64,000 nucleotides of DNA from Antedon mediterranea (lineage: Eukaryota; Animalia; Echinodermata): contig NC_092675.1 of assembly GCF_964355755.1 (NCBI RefSeq), positions 2,723,812 through 2,787,811 on the forward strand, read 5' to 3'. Positions 23,913 through 37,400 of the stretch are shown here, piece after piece. The translations under genes were made by a program, and so were the position numbers. The number at the start of each line of letters is the position of its first letter. Position 1 is the stretch's first letter. The notes beneath the pieces are model-generated. The model saw only the letters and a program-made list of their open reading frames with translations. It made no database searches and had not been told where the DNA came from.

Positions 23913-26717
23913 CTACCACGATGGCCCGCTCTTGCTTGATCGTATATCATGATTCAATGCTGCTGGGTGGCGTACATGAAAATTGACAACATATTCTGCG
24001 TTTGTTCTCTGTACGGATATTGCAAATGGTTCATGGGGATGGAAGGTGAATGCTACTAGTCTTCTTGGAGGTGGTTGTTGAGGCGTTGAACGTCCAGTTC
24101 CACCGGCTTGAATGCGAAATCTTAACAAACCAGAATCTCTAGCATAAAATCTGTAGAAAAAACACATAAATGAATATGTAGTGAAAACTTTAAAAAAATT
24201 TAACATGCTGGTTTCCATCAAGAAAGAGATGCTTATGGCGAACAAAAATGCAATGAAAAAAGTCTTAGTTTTAGTGTTCTTTTACCATGGTAGAGGCTAA
24301 GGTTTACATTTTGTTATTGTGTGGAGAATCATTTTATACAAAACATGCAGCCGTTATTATCTGGTATTTAAATCTAGGACATTGCCAGTGTATTTGCAGA
24401 TCAGCCTAAGATGTATGGATTCAATGGGACCCACATATACATAACCTAAAATATCATTATCTTCAGTTTCATTCTACTATTTATAGGCTATTTACCTAAT
24501 TGGATGATCACCACATGTCTTTGGTCTTTCCATGGCTGACACCCACTTATCATCATAGCTAAAAAGAGCCAAGTCCAGGTATGGACTACTACTGTATGAC
24601 TGAGAGCTGATGGGTAACTGAGCAAGTAGACGTTTAACAGCTTCCGTGTGCCCGCCAAACTTTGCGTTTATTATGGTGTGCTTAAAACGTTCTTGAATCT
24701 GACGAGCGTAGATATTACTAGAGCACGTGAACTGAGCAAACGTATGAAGGCTGGCATTGCGAAACAGATCACCAAAATTCTCAAAAAGTTCTAAGAGTTT
24801 TTTTGAAGTATTATCAAATACTGCTATTACTTCTGTCGTAACCATGTTGTATACAACAAAAAATGAGGGTAAAGAGTTGGGATCCTGAGATAAGAGAGAC
24901 ACAACAGCCTCGCTTGAATACTTGAGCAAGAGGTGGTCTTCATCAAGTAATTGCATCTTCCACATTCGTAGAGATCTAAACTGATGGTAGTACCTAAAGT
25001 ATTGTCTAGAAGCTTCAGGTGTTCTTTCGTTGTGGGCTTTAAGGTAGAGATACACAAGTAAACGGTGTTTTAAAGAATTGATAGTAGGATCAGAATACTG
25101 GTTGCCCTGTCTGTGTGATGGATGCGACTGTTCAACACGTAGGGATGAATAAACTAAAGCATCATCTTCATAACAGAATCTACCAATTGTCTGAACATCA
25201 ATAAAACTGCCATCAGAGGTAACATGAAATATATGTACTGTTTGTTGCTGCACAGAAAGTACTGCTAATATATTCTTGAAAAGGTAAATTCCTTGATTGT
25301 GAGATAGGAATATTTTATCACATTTGAATTTTCTTGTGTCACACAGAACTCCAGTTTCCAAATCTATAATATGCAATGAATAGTCTTCCAACATGAATTT
25401 TGGGTTTGGCGAGATTGATTCATTATTCCTGTAAATGTCAAAGAAATGCCGATCTTCTGGAATGAACACGGCAGAACCAACAATCACGTAGCGTCCATCA
25501 TCGGTGAACAGGCTGCATTCTCTGTTTAAGTGTTCACCGTTAGGTGCCACATTCACAGTGTGTTTTAAGTGGAAAAAACTGTCAAAAATGTTATTACGAA
25601 TTTTATGAGATTCTGGATCGGCATCGTCCTTTGTCATGTGACCATTGGCATTTTTCAATAGCTCCCCAGCTGCCTGAGACCCGAGGAATTTGTAAATCTC
25701 CAAAGATGTCTGGTCTGCAGAAAATGCGATGAAATACTGTCCATTCGGGGAAAACTTCCTAAGAAAGCATGGCGGCTTTTTCAAGTTCACTATTGTATAG
25801 TTTGGAAAAATATTTTGATGGAACTGTCGAGCGCAATGGAATTGGGTGCATGGCTTACGGACATGTGTTTCTCTTTGCCTTAATCTGTAAACTATATTCT
25901 GGTTTGGGATCTTGCGTGGTCGTATTTGGTCAAAAACCTCTGATGTATTATTTACAGGAACAACAGCGTCAGTGGCTTGCTGCATGTTCACTTGGTTGAA
26001 TAGTATGGAACTCTGTATACAATAAAATTAAAATGTGTTTTATTGTTACTTAAAAATAAAAGCAGCAGGCCCTAGCGTAGTATTTAGTAGGCTAGCTAGA
26101 TCAGAATCTGTAGTGTATGCCTCTATTTATAAGTAATAATAGCTAGCTAGGCCTAGGCTATATACAGTAGTAGCAGGAGGCACAAAGATAGGCCATCCAT
26201 GAGGCCCACTCTCTAGCTAGCTAGGTTATTATATTTTTATATTTCTTTATTCTGATACAAAATCAATAGGATAAAAACACAAAAAGTACCGAGACGGCAA
26301 ACTTATTTCCATTGTGGTCCTAGCAAACTTATTTCCATTGTGGTCCTTCCTGCGCCTCTAGTGTAGTAGTAGTAGTAGTAGTGGTAGAGCTAGTAGTAGT
26401 AGGCCTAGTAGTACTAGAGTGTAGTAGTAGTAGGCCTACTAGCTAGTGTAGTAGGGCTATTAGGCCCACATAGTTAGTAGGCTAGAATTTAGAGAACAAC
26501 AAGCTAGGCTAGGCCCTAACTAGGCCTAGAGGTAGAGGCTAGGGTAGGATTAGGCCGCCTAGCGAAAGTGAATCTGCTTTAAACTAAATCGCAATCTTAG
26601 GCTAGTTAAAACAATACTTGAGAATTTTAAAAATACTATAATTACATATATATTGTGAGGTAAAACACAATATTTATAGCAAATGATTCAATCAATGTTT
26701 ACGTTTTCCCAGGCCAT
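23913..26717 (-). CDS. DET1: DET1 homolog (de-etiolated 1, COP1/DDB1-CUL4 partner), about 589 aa
   Basis: Exons 26717-26703 (MAWEN, inferred), 26012-24496 and 24150-23913, with GT-AG junctions in matching phases. Motifs [66 protein letters not shown] are typical of DET1. Confidence 0.95.
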
Positions 26718-27010
26718 CGCAAAATAAAATCGTAACCTTTGACATGCATGAATGTAATATTTATGATTGTATATACATTCATGTCCAGTAAATGATATTA
26801 TATAACATTGTTAATTTATTTTTCCTACCTCAAAATTTATTTTAGTTTTATATTTTGTTCTTTGTTTAGCTGTATTTCTATACAAATTGCAATACGTGAA
26901 ACAACTTTTTGAAAGAGCCACCCACGCGCTAACCAGCCGCCATTTTATTATTGGGGCACGCCTTTCTGAAAAAATTTCTGAAGTCCAACACATTCTTTTG
27001 GTTGGTATTC
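26718..27010. promoter_or_regulatory. Putative bidirectional promoter DET1/hnRNPK with a YY1-type motif
   Basis: DET1 ATG at 26717 (-). GCCGCCATTTT (YY1 consensus) at 26936-26946 with local CpG enrichment and a possible + strand donor at about 27005. TSS positions are inferred. Confidence 0.5.
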
Positions 27011-27683
27011 TAAAATGCTCACTTTTTAACAATTATTTTATACTAACATTACACTGAATACAGACATAATCAATTTATATCTTGTAATACGTTCTTTAAT
27101 AAGTTGATTACTAAGTTATGAAGACATTATTAGGTAAACATCAAAGTGGGTTCTTTCCTCTTCGCGAGTAACCCTGTTTGCCTAGGCCTATCATGGAGAT
27201 CTTGACCGCGGCGGCGTCACTAACCTATCCGCTCATGTCGGTCAAGAATGTTATTCATGTTGGGCCTAGGATTATCGTGTTAATGTTTGTATTGATAATA
27301 CATGTGTGTCACCAGGCTAGTCTTAAATGTTTTGTCGAACTTTAATTTATTTTATAATATAATTTAAAAACAATCAATATTTAACAAAAAAAACCCATCT
27401 TTATTTAATTTAATTTCAAGAATTTGTTTGATCTTTTTTTTGTTGTTCCATTATAATATGCGTATAATATAGGCTAGGCCTAGTATTATTTATGCATCAT
27501 TTTATGTAATGTTGATTGTAAACTTATTAGTTATTACATTTTTTTGTCCATGTCCGATCCCATCTTAGCCTACTAGGTAGGGCCAAGACAAGGCTTTGAT
27601 CACGTGTGTTGTTTGTTACTGTATGTATAGGCCTAGCGGTACCAGCCTAGCTAGGCTAGTAGACTGAATCATTCAGTTTTTTA

Positions 27684-28349
27684 AGCCTGTTTTCCTGTCG
27701 ACGTTGAAATACGTTGAGTTGCGTTGAGTTTAAAATCGTTAAAGTTGAAAATAAAATAGCGATGACGATGATCGAGTCAGACCGCTAATATTTACACATT
27801 TTTACGCGATCGTTCATAGTTTCTTGGTTCTCTCGAGCGTTACTGGGACACGCGGACGTGAAGTGTTGCAAAACTAAGGCCGGCCACGCGCAGCCGGGAC
27901 CGCGTGAAAATTGAAAAAGTTACGGGTTTTGATGCTTAAACCCAGCCTAGGACATGCTTTCGTTGATATCTTAATCTAGGTTTACACTAAAGACAAACAT
28001 TAAATTTAATTGGTTTAATATTATAATTTAATTTAACTTACACTTGTTTTTTTTAAATATCAGACCTTAAAAGTGTACAAAAAAGGTGAAAAACATCGTC
28101 GCGTTGTAAACATTCAAGAATTGTCAGCGCGTACCTATTTTTTCACAAACTGCAATGACGTAATTTGTGGACCATTTGATTGGTCAGTTTTAACGATCGT
28201 AATCGTTAAAGTTGAACCGAGTTCAACTTTAACGATTTAAGATTTTAACGATTTTCAATGTTAATTTTTACCCCCTTTTCCTGTTAAATCGTTGAATATG
28301 TCAACTCAACGCAACTCAACGTAACTTAACGTCGACAGGAAAACAGGCT
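27684..28349. mobile_element. Harbinger-type MITE with long TIRs upstream of the hnRNPK coding exons
   Basis: TTA|AGCCTGTTTTCCTGTCGACGTT...AACGTCGACAGGAAAACAGGCT|TTA, TIR about 45 bp. Confidence 0.85.
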
Positions 28350-29353
28350 TTACAGCATAGTTATGTGGTTGGTATAACCCAAAGAGTTGTACTTTTATGT
28401 ATGCAAAAATTGTTTTATGATTTGATAAAGGACAAATAAGCTTTTTTAGTTCCACATCTCAACTCACCACTTAGACAATAATGGGCTTGTTTGGGTACAG
28501 AATTTTGCACAAAAGTATGGGGGTGGGATTATTATGCTGGCCAGCTGTTAACTGTTGATTTACCGATTCTCGGGCACAGTTTTTGGAAAACAATTTGAAT
28601 TCAATATCATTTTTATATAATTAAAAGAATTTTATAATTTAAGTGAAAACAAAATAAAATACTTTTTCTTAAAAAATGTTGGAGAAGCAAAGCTCACAGT
28701 TAAAATAATTAATTCTCTGACATTTTGTTGTTGCTTGGCAACATTTTTCTACATTAGTGATTACCAAGTGTTTTTTTTTTATTCTGTTGTAAATTGTTCA
28801 ATTATGGAGATTGTTGAAATATGTTAATATTTAATGATATAAATGTGTAGTAGTATGGATTGTGAACAGTATGGATTGTGAACAGTATGTAATGTCCAAA
28901 GAAATAACTGGAAAATATACTGTTTCTTCTTTTCGGTAGATTGTACACAGTAGTTCAGTACTAAAGATCAGTGTCACTTTGTTTCTATTTTACAACGTCC
29001 CTATTTTCCAGTTCTGTGTGTTTAAGAGCAGCAAAACAATAAAGGTCTTCAACCGAAAATTCCTGTATTTAGAAGATTAAAATTCATTTTTCTGTAAGAT
29101 GTTTTTTTTTTCAGATACTGTGTAGTAGCTTTAAAATCAACAGTACTGCCAAGGTCGTCTAGAAAATTAGCCATGTTTAATCACCATATGTCTACTCCCT
29201 CTGTAGTTAAGAACTATATTGATTGGTTTCTATGGCTACGGGTAAACTTGTCCAATAGGAATGGTACAGGTGTTAATGGTTATGTATTATTATTTCTAAC
29301 AAACTTGAGTAAATTCAATATCAATGCTTCCACAATTATGAATGTTTTTAGTG

Positions 29354-29675
29354 GGTATTGCTAAACTCCGCAAACCTCCAAAAAAACATAGCAAACCCCC
29401 AAAAAAACATAGCAAACCCCACTGAACCAACATAAAAGTGATTAAATCATGTAGTGTACGACCCACTGGGTATATCCATGTAAAAAAAATATTAAATTTC
29501 TACTGTTAACCACTTATTTTTGGGGGTAAAACATCATTTTAATATACAATATATTTTTTTTTACATGGACATACTCAACTCAGTGGGTTGTACACTACAT
29601 GATTCAATCACTTTCATGTTGGTTTGGTGAGGTTTGCTATGTTTTTTTGGAGGTTTGCAGGGTTTAGCAATACCC
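29354..29675. repeat. Foldback/palindromic MITE-like element
   Basis: GGGTATTGCTAAAC...ACCCACTGGGTATATCCATGTAAAAAAAATATT mirrored by AATATATTTTTTTTTACATGGAC...GGTTTAGCAATACCC; arms about 130 bp. Confidence 0.8.
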
Positions 29676-31613
29676 TTTTTAGTTACAATTTAAAAAAATA
29701 TTATACAGAATAACATAAAGAATACAATTTTTGTCCATTCTGCATTGCCAATTATTCCAATTAAAGATTTTAAATTGATTTTCCTAAATATGGTATTAAA
29801 ATGACCTAATTCTGACTGGCTTCTTAAAATGGTTTTAAGTAAAGGCTAGTTTATATATAATTCCTGCATTTAGTGTTGTGCTTGCATGATTGTCGTAGTT
29901 AGACAATTTAGACAGTTTAGTTAGTGCCAAGCTGTATTCTCTCGAAGCTTGTTTTACCAGCTAGATTTAACAGAATAAATTAGTTTCAACCGGTATTAAA
30001 AATACAAGAAAATAAACAAAGCTACAGTAGTAATAGGCTGGAGGCAGACAGATTCTGGATTGGTTTAGTAAAAAGCGACATTTGGTCATATATTTAAATG
30101 CGTCTAGGAATTGGTACCTCACTAATTGCCTTTAAATGGAATTAATTTATAATTAATATTAATAATATTATTGGAGTACACTGACATGTATTCACAAAAT
30201 CGTGAATTGCCATTCAGTGGGTATTATTGTTTATAGGACAAATTACTGTTCTAGTTCTTGCACTGTTGCTAAAATCAAGTTAGAATTTTACATGTATTTT
30301 GTATGTAATTATCATAATAATAATTGAAGTGTACGGTTTAGTAACATGCGAAAATAAGTACATGTTTGAAATCTGAGTAAAATTAAAGATAATTTGAAAG
30401 CGGTTTGCAGCATGCTGTGACGGATGTTGTATGATGCTTTAAACGGGTAGTACTAATGGCGGTATTGTTGGCCGTTTTGGACAATGAATCGCATGTTGTA
30501 CACAATCTACTGTTCCATTATGCCTTCACAATAAATGAAATTTGATAGGGCACAAAGTGTATAACATGTGCAAGGCGCGAACGAATTGAGGCAATATTAG
30601 TCGTCGACAACTGCTTGCATTTCGTCTTGTACATGCCGTGTAAAGATACACTCGTGTTTGACATTATTGAATTTTAGTCGTGGTGCGTTAACTTTGGAAG
30701 CGATAACATAACAAAAACAATATTACTATATTGTCCTCTTTGTTATTCTTATTGATCTTGTGCTATTAAAATACACAGATGAAATGTCGAGGTAAATTAC
30801 TGTATTACATGAGAAGTATCAGAAGATTATGAACTGACCTGTGTACATTTCTTAAAATGATGGATACAGTGTTAATAGTTGGACCTGTAGGTTTCAAGGC
30901 TTTAAAACAAATCTGGGAACAGATTAATTGTTTTTACACTTTTTAGAGACCTTACATTTTAGATGAGACTTTCTCAGAAAGAACTCTGATAATGTTATTT
31001 ATATTTTGTAGAACAAATAAATACATGGCTACTTCACGTCATAAGATCTCAAATAATGATATAATAGGTTGTTTGACTGTAGGTGAATGAGTGGCTAATA
31101 TTAATATTATACAACATTTTACAAGGAAACATTGTGCATGTACAAAACCCGACTTGTTCATGTTAAAATTTTTAAATAAGAATGGTCCCACTCTACTATC
31201 ATAATTAATCTATTATCTAGGTTATCAAATTCCTAGGTTTAATGTATAGTAATGTTAACATGATCAAAATTTAATATAGGTACAGTATTTATGTTATTGT
31301 ATAACCCTCAATGAACAGGCTTATAGTCAGTCTGTGTTGCGATAATCATTTACATAACCAGTGAAAATACTAAGGCGTCGTCGCTTATCCTAATCTAATG
31401 TCGTATATTTTTTTCTTATAATGCTTATGCGACATAGTTTTTTTTAATATTGTAAAGACATGATTTAATTAGACAATGATAAAGATGTTGTCATGGTGAT
31501 CCCATACGAAGGAAGTTAAATAAGCTAAGTGCTAAGTCAGCACCTCATTCTCCAGGCATACATTATTTCAGATTGATCTTAAATTATAATGTTGAAATTG
31601 GTCATAGATCTTA

Positions 31614-31769
31614 AGCCGTGTCTACACTGTCAAACTTTATGACAAAATGAGGTGTGCCCATATATGGACATGATGATATCATATCACGGCCATATTTAGA
31701 CATAACACTATGATATTTGGGCACATCTCATTTTTTGGTCATATAAAGTTTGATAGTGTAGACAGCGGT
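31614..31769. mobile_element. MITE family A copy
   Basis: TTA|AGCCGTGTCTACAC...GTGTAGACAGCGGT|TTA. Confidence 0.8.
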
Positions 31770-31814
31770 TTAGTTTATATTCAGATTTGCATTAATTAAG
31801 ATCATGTTGTTTAC

Positions 31815-32073
31815 CATATCTTAAATATCTTTTGAGATCAAATATAGGTTATAATTCTGACATAAAATTATATGAAATGGTTTTTGTTTATGTAGAAAAA
31901 TATCTTAATAGATCTTTTGAGATAAAATATAGGTGATAATTTGGACATAAAATTATATGAAATGGTTTTTGTTTATGTAGAAAAATATCTTAATAGATCT
32001 TTTGAGATAAAATATAGGTGATAATTTGGACATAAAATTATATGAAATGGTTTTTGTTTATGTAGAAAAATAT
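31815..32073. repeat. About 85-bp tandem repeat, 3 copies
   Basis: ATCTTTTGAGATAAAATATAGGTGATAATTTGGACATAAAATTATATGAAATGGTTTTTGTTTATGTAGAAAAATAT repeated. Confidence 0.9.
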
Positions 32074-34475
32074 AAACTTATTATGATAGACATTGACAGG
32101 TCTTTGTATATTGTGACATTCTAGTTGGCTATAATTAATGTGTCAATTAAAAGAAAGTCAATTTATTCCATGCCAATTTTAGTTTGTTCTCAGCAAACAT
32201 AATCAATTATATTGAAAAAAATAGGGAGAACTGTATACACAGGGTGTTGCTGTAGAATAGGAAAATATAGCCATTCGTATGTATCAGGTTTAAGAAGACA
32301 TTGTTAAATTTATAATATTCTGCCTAAGAGGACCAAAGCTTGTTTATGGCTGTGTTCGGACGTAAAATCAGTTCCATGTGTAACTTTACATGTGTAATCA
32401 GTGATCGTTCGGACGATGAACAATTTACAGGTGTAAACTACTGTAACAAAAAAATACCCAGCAGGGTCATATTTCACTTAAAAACACGTAAAAATTGCTC
32501 CTTATCTTGCGGTTAATCACCTTGCGGTTTAAGGTGTAATTGAAAAATCCACCTCATGAGGTGGTTTTTTGAAACAGCAAGTTTATCTCAAAAAACAAAT
32601 TTACACGCGACCATTACACGTGTAAATTTGTTCCGTCCAAACGGTCTCTACTGTATGTTGTTCCAATCATCCACCCAGGTTAATTCCAAGCCCTGAAAAG
32701 CCATTCTTTGAAATGGTTGACACACCCTTTGGCCTTTTAGTTTTTCTATTATCCTTTGTACAATACACAATTGTCTGTATTTACCCCTTTTTTTATTTTC
32801 TTAATTATTAATATCAAATTTCTATATTTCAAATAATTAACAATACCAATTACCAACAGTAGAGTATTCAATTCATGACCACAACAGTATTTCTATATTT
32901 TATTTTTTTATATTTAATACTTCACTACTGAGTTAGTTCAAACTCAACTATTCATTTGAACGAATGATAGAATAAAAATTTCACCTACAATAAATAATTA
33001 AAAATGCAAAAACAGATGATAAAAAAGTAAGTTATTATAATTTAATAAACATGATTGTTTATAAAGTAGGGTTTTAAATGGGAATTTTCTTGCAATGGGT
33101 AATATTTATCTTATAATAATTATGCTAAGAACATGGATACTCAACTGCCATTAGTAATCTTAATTTGAATAATTTGCCTGTTTTCAATTTAATACCCAGC
33201 TTGTTGTATATAAATTCATTCTGGATGTGTGTGTAATGTTAAGATGACATACAACAGGATAGTTACTGTTGTTAGAGAATATATTTCAAGATACATTAGT
33301 AACAAATTTGAACCACCTTGGAGAGGGATTACAATACCTCGTGTTGTTTTAAAATATAAATTTTGTTTTAGCAATACAATATGTATATCAGAAGATTAAC
33401 ACAAGTTATAATTTTGTTGTGTAGGCCTATGTCATTTTATATCATGGTTCCACCAATCAACCACCCCATACTGAAGTACTGTAGCACCTACTACTCTGTC
33501 ATATATACTAATCACATGTATCTTCAGTATATCAATGCGAGCATATTCTTGAAAAAATCCTTGCATGCAAACAATTAATTAACAAATTTATAATTTAATA
33601 AATAGAATTTAGGAAAATTGTACTATATTTTCTTGTTTTTATTAAAGTTATTGATTTTGTGGAACTAATAATTATAGCTATTTAGTAAAATAATACCTCT
33701 ATGGAAGGTGACTTTAGGAATTATGAAAAATTATCTAAAAACATACTATATGAAATATGTATCCTATTTCACAATTTAATATTTGTATAGCATTTTGTTT
33801 GCTTGTAAACCCAAATATTAAAAGGCTAACAACATTTTTTTTTCTATTTATAATAGCAACTAATCTTTAATTTAATGTAATGTTTAATATATGTATTAAC
33901 CATTGTTATTTGCTATACTTTTTGTGTTAGGTTGATTTATATTTTATAATGATATTTTGACAATTATAACACGCAAACATAAACCCACCATGTTTAAAAA
34001 CTATTTTTTTATGAGATAAATATCAATTTTACAATTTTAATGAAATTCATGGTATAATACAATGTGTAGTTATTTCAATGCACATGTTGAGATATATGCA
34101 TAAAAAAGGAATGATCCTTGTAGAACATATATAATTATTGATAAAGTATTAAATACAAAAAATCCATAATAATATAATAAGAATATGTACATGATAATGA
34201 AAGGTACAGTAGCTAATATTGTAGGTTTATTGGCCCATGTGTAAAAAGTACTGACTATCCATTAAGATGTCAGCGCTGCCAGTATATTGAATTGAACAAA
34301 CCCACAGGTTTTCATATGCTAATGAGCATCATTAGCATATGCATGATACACCTGCTACGTGCACTGTGATTGGTCAATGTTTAATCCATATATAGATGAG
34401 GCTTCTTTTCTTTTTTTCAGTCTGTTCCAGCTATTGACTCGCTTGACATCATACTGCTTTCCTTCTCAAGACGTT

Positions 34476-37400
34476 ATGTCCAACATCGATGCTAAACTAC
34501 AAATGATGGCTGGCGACAACGAAGGTAAGGCTTACAACCTATACATAATATTTTGTACATTATAGTTAACCATTACTGTCTATTTTTAACACACTATTCC
34601 GCACTGGTAATTGATTGTAAGAGTCTATCTACTCTATATTCACTCTAATTTAATAGCATTGTCTATCTATTTAAGATATTAAAAAATGTGATCAGTTTAT
34701 TATAATTTACAGTCATACATTGGAAATAGTATGCAAAATATTCTCAAAAAATTGCGTAAATTCTATTAGCTTCTTGAGGCTAGTGTTGAATTATATAATG
34801 CAGCTGCAGTGAAATCGTTGGTTTGGATTTTATTCAGCATAATGCATCATCCCAGTTATTCAAATTATCTTGCGACTGTAATTTTTAATAATAGATAGGC
34901 TGCTCTGAGATTTATTTAAAGAATTAATGAAGAAAACACAAGAAGCAGACTGCTCGCGCTTTGTGTTGTTTGTACTCAACTTAGAATATTAAAAAGCAGC
35001 ATGATAGGTGGGTGTGTGAATTCTGGATGTTAATGTGCGTAGGTTTAAGTACAGATGAATTAATCATGACAGTGGAATTGCATACAAATGACCTACAGCT
35101 CTACTGAACTTTACATGTAATTATTTTGGATGTTAAATCCGTGTTTTTGAAACGAATGTTATTAGGAAATGTGATGCATTATTATTTAAAAGATCAAATA
35201 AGCAATACTTTACTCTAACTTGTATTTTTTGTATGTGGATATTAAGTTATAACGATTCCTTTAATTTATTGAACCTAACTGCTTTTGATGGCTGAGCATG
35301 TGTGTAGTTCTGTTCCTAGTTTATAAAGCAGTTTTTCAAAATTTGTTTTTATAAGGCCAGTCTTTTTTTCCACAGTATGTACAACTACAATATACTTTAT
35401 AATACTATTAGTAGATGTAACATTTTCTAATAACATCTAAAAGAGTTTAAATTTAACCTGAAATAATAACAAATACCTACATCATAAATTCAGTGCAGGA
35501 GTACTACTATACATTAAAGCAGAAATATTGATGTAGTCACGAACATGATAGGTGTTACAAGACTGATCCATTCTGATAGCTTGTTGTCTTGGGTTAAGTC
35601 GTAAGACACATTTACATTTCCCACATTAAATATTCAATTTATTTTTTTTGTTTCTAAATTGATTACATATGCGTGTAGTCCCTTATTTTATTGGTTATCA
35701 TGTATCAGATATTGGGCAAAACGTTGCTGACTTTAATTTCACTCTCTCTGTGACATGTGACTCGAATAATTCTGTACAAATCATATGATTATTTTGTAGA
35801 AGGCTGCATAATCACCCGATACATTCTGTAGATAATCATGATGTATTCATTTTGTTCTTTAAATTCTATTTTTTAAAGCAATTTTTTTAGGAAATTAAAA
35901 TACATGTAGAATTTTAAAAGCTTTACTGTATGATTGGATGGTTATTATGATTATATTTTTGGCATTTAAAAATTTAATTTTTTGTTTTACTTGAATTGAA
36001 CCTGTTGGGTTTAGGATATTGATATTTATTTGTTTCGTACTGCATCTCTAGTTTCATCAAACATCGTTTTTAGTCATGAATATTAATAACTCGTTAAAAT
36101 TTGATGTTGTTCAAATATTGATATACAAAGAATTGACAAACTGTTTGCTATTAGCTAATGATATTCAGTATTTAATGTTGAGTACTAGCAGGTGGTAGGC
36201 CTAGACTTGCATTATAGATGAGCAAGGGTCGCACCACCAGCCTTTGTATTGATCTAACAAAGCAACAGAATAGATGCTGACCTCACCCTATTCACTAAAA
36301 TTTGGAGACAAAGGAGGAATTGATCTTCTGGGCCCAATACTCAATTTGTTAGGCTTAATGAAGAAATGCTATTGTTGCCTTGGTGGTAATAATTAGTTCA
36401 TTGTAGATGCAAGTGTTATATTAGACCATTCATGCGTAGGTCCACTTCTTTGTTTGCAGTTCGATCAACAATTATTATAACCCATTTGATTACTGTTGCT
36501 TCACGAAATATAAAAGAACTGGCACTCTCATTTATCTAAGTTCAGATGTATTATATTTAGAAAAGGTACATTATTAATCATTAAATCTAAAATATTAATG
36601 AGATATTGCTTTTTCCAATGAATGTACTTTGAAAAATAATTCCCAATACATTATTGCTGTAGTGTAACAAAATACTGTTGCTTGTTGTAGCATTTTTTGT
36701 AAATTTGATTGAAGGTAGAATTGTGCTGGTTGGTCAGGCAGTTTTATCTTGACGGTTGTTCTGCTACAGTAGTAACTGAGAAACAAGTGTTTTTGTACAC
36801 CAATTATGCGCATAGTATTTCTTCCTAGAATGTAACAAAATTAGTAATAATATAATAATTATAATGTCATTACGGTTTACATGGCATTCTGTATTATTGA
36901 TGTACATACTGACAAAGGCTTGCAAGATATTTTGTTGATTATTGTAGTCATTTTCAGGTTAATCTTAATGTGTATACTTTACTTAATCTTGTAGACTTCA
37001 AACAAGTTATAAAATGTGAACCTTCCGAAGACTTGACCGACAATTGGCAAACATCTGGTAAACTTATACATATACATGCAAAAGCCCTATTAATGTCTAG
37101 TACTTGCGTCAATAGTCACAAATCCATTTTGAATTTCATTCAATAAAACTAATTCATCCTTAATTTATTTCTAATTCATTTGTGTTGTTATCTAATGTGT
37201 TTAAAGAATGTTCATCACTTGTACTGAATCTGAAATGTCGGCAATGTTTTCAGTTTGAAAAAGCTGGTACTAATTGAATCGATCAACAACATTGATGTTG
37301 TACGATTGCATAATGTTGTTTATTTGTATATATTGATTGTAGTGCATTTTGATTGTACAAATACAGGCATGTGTTTGTAGCACATAAACAGTGAAGAATA

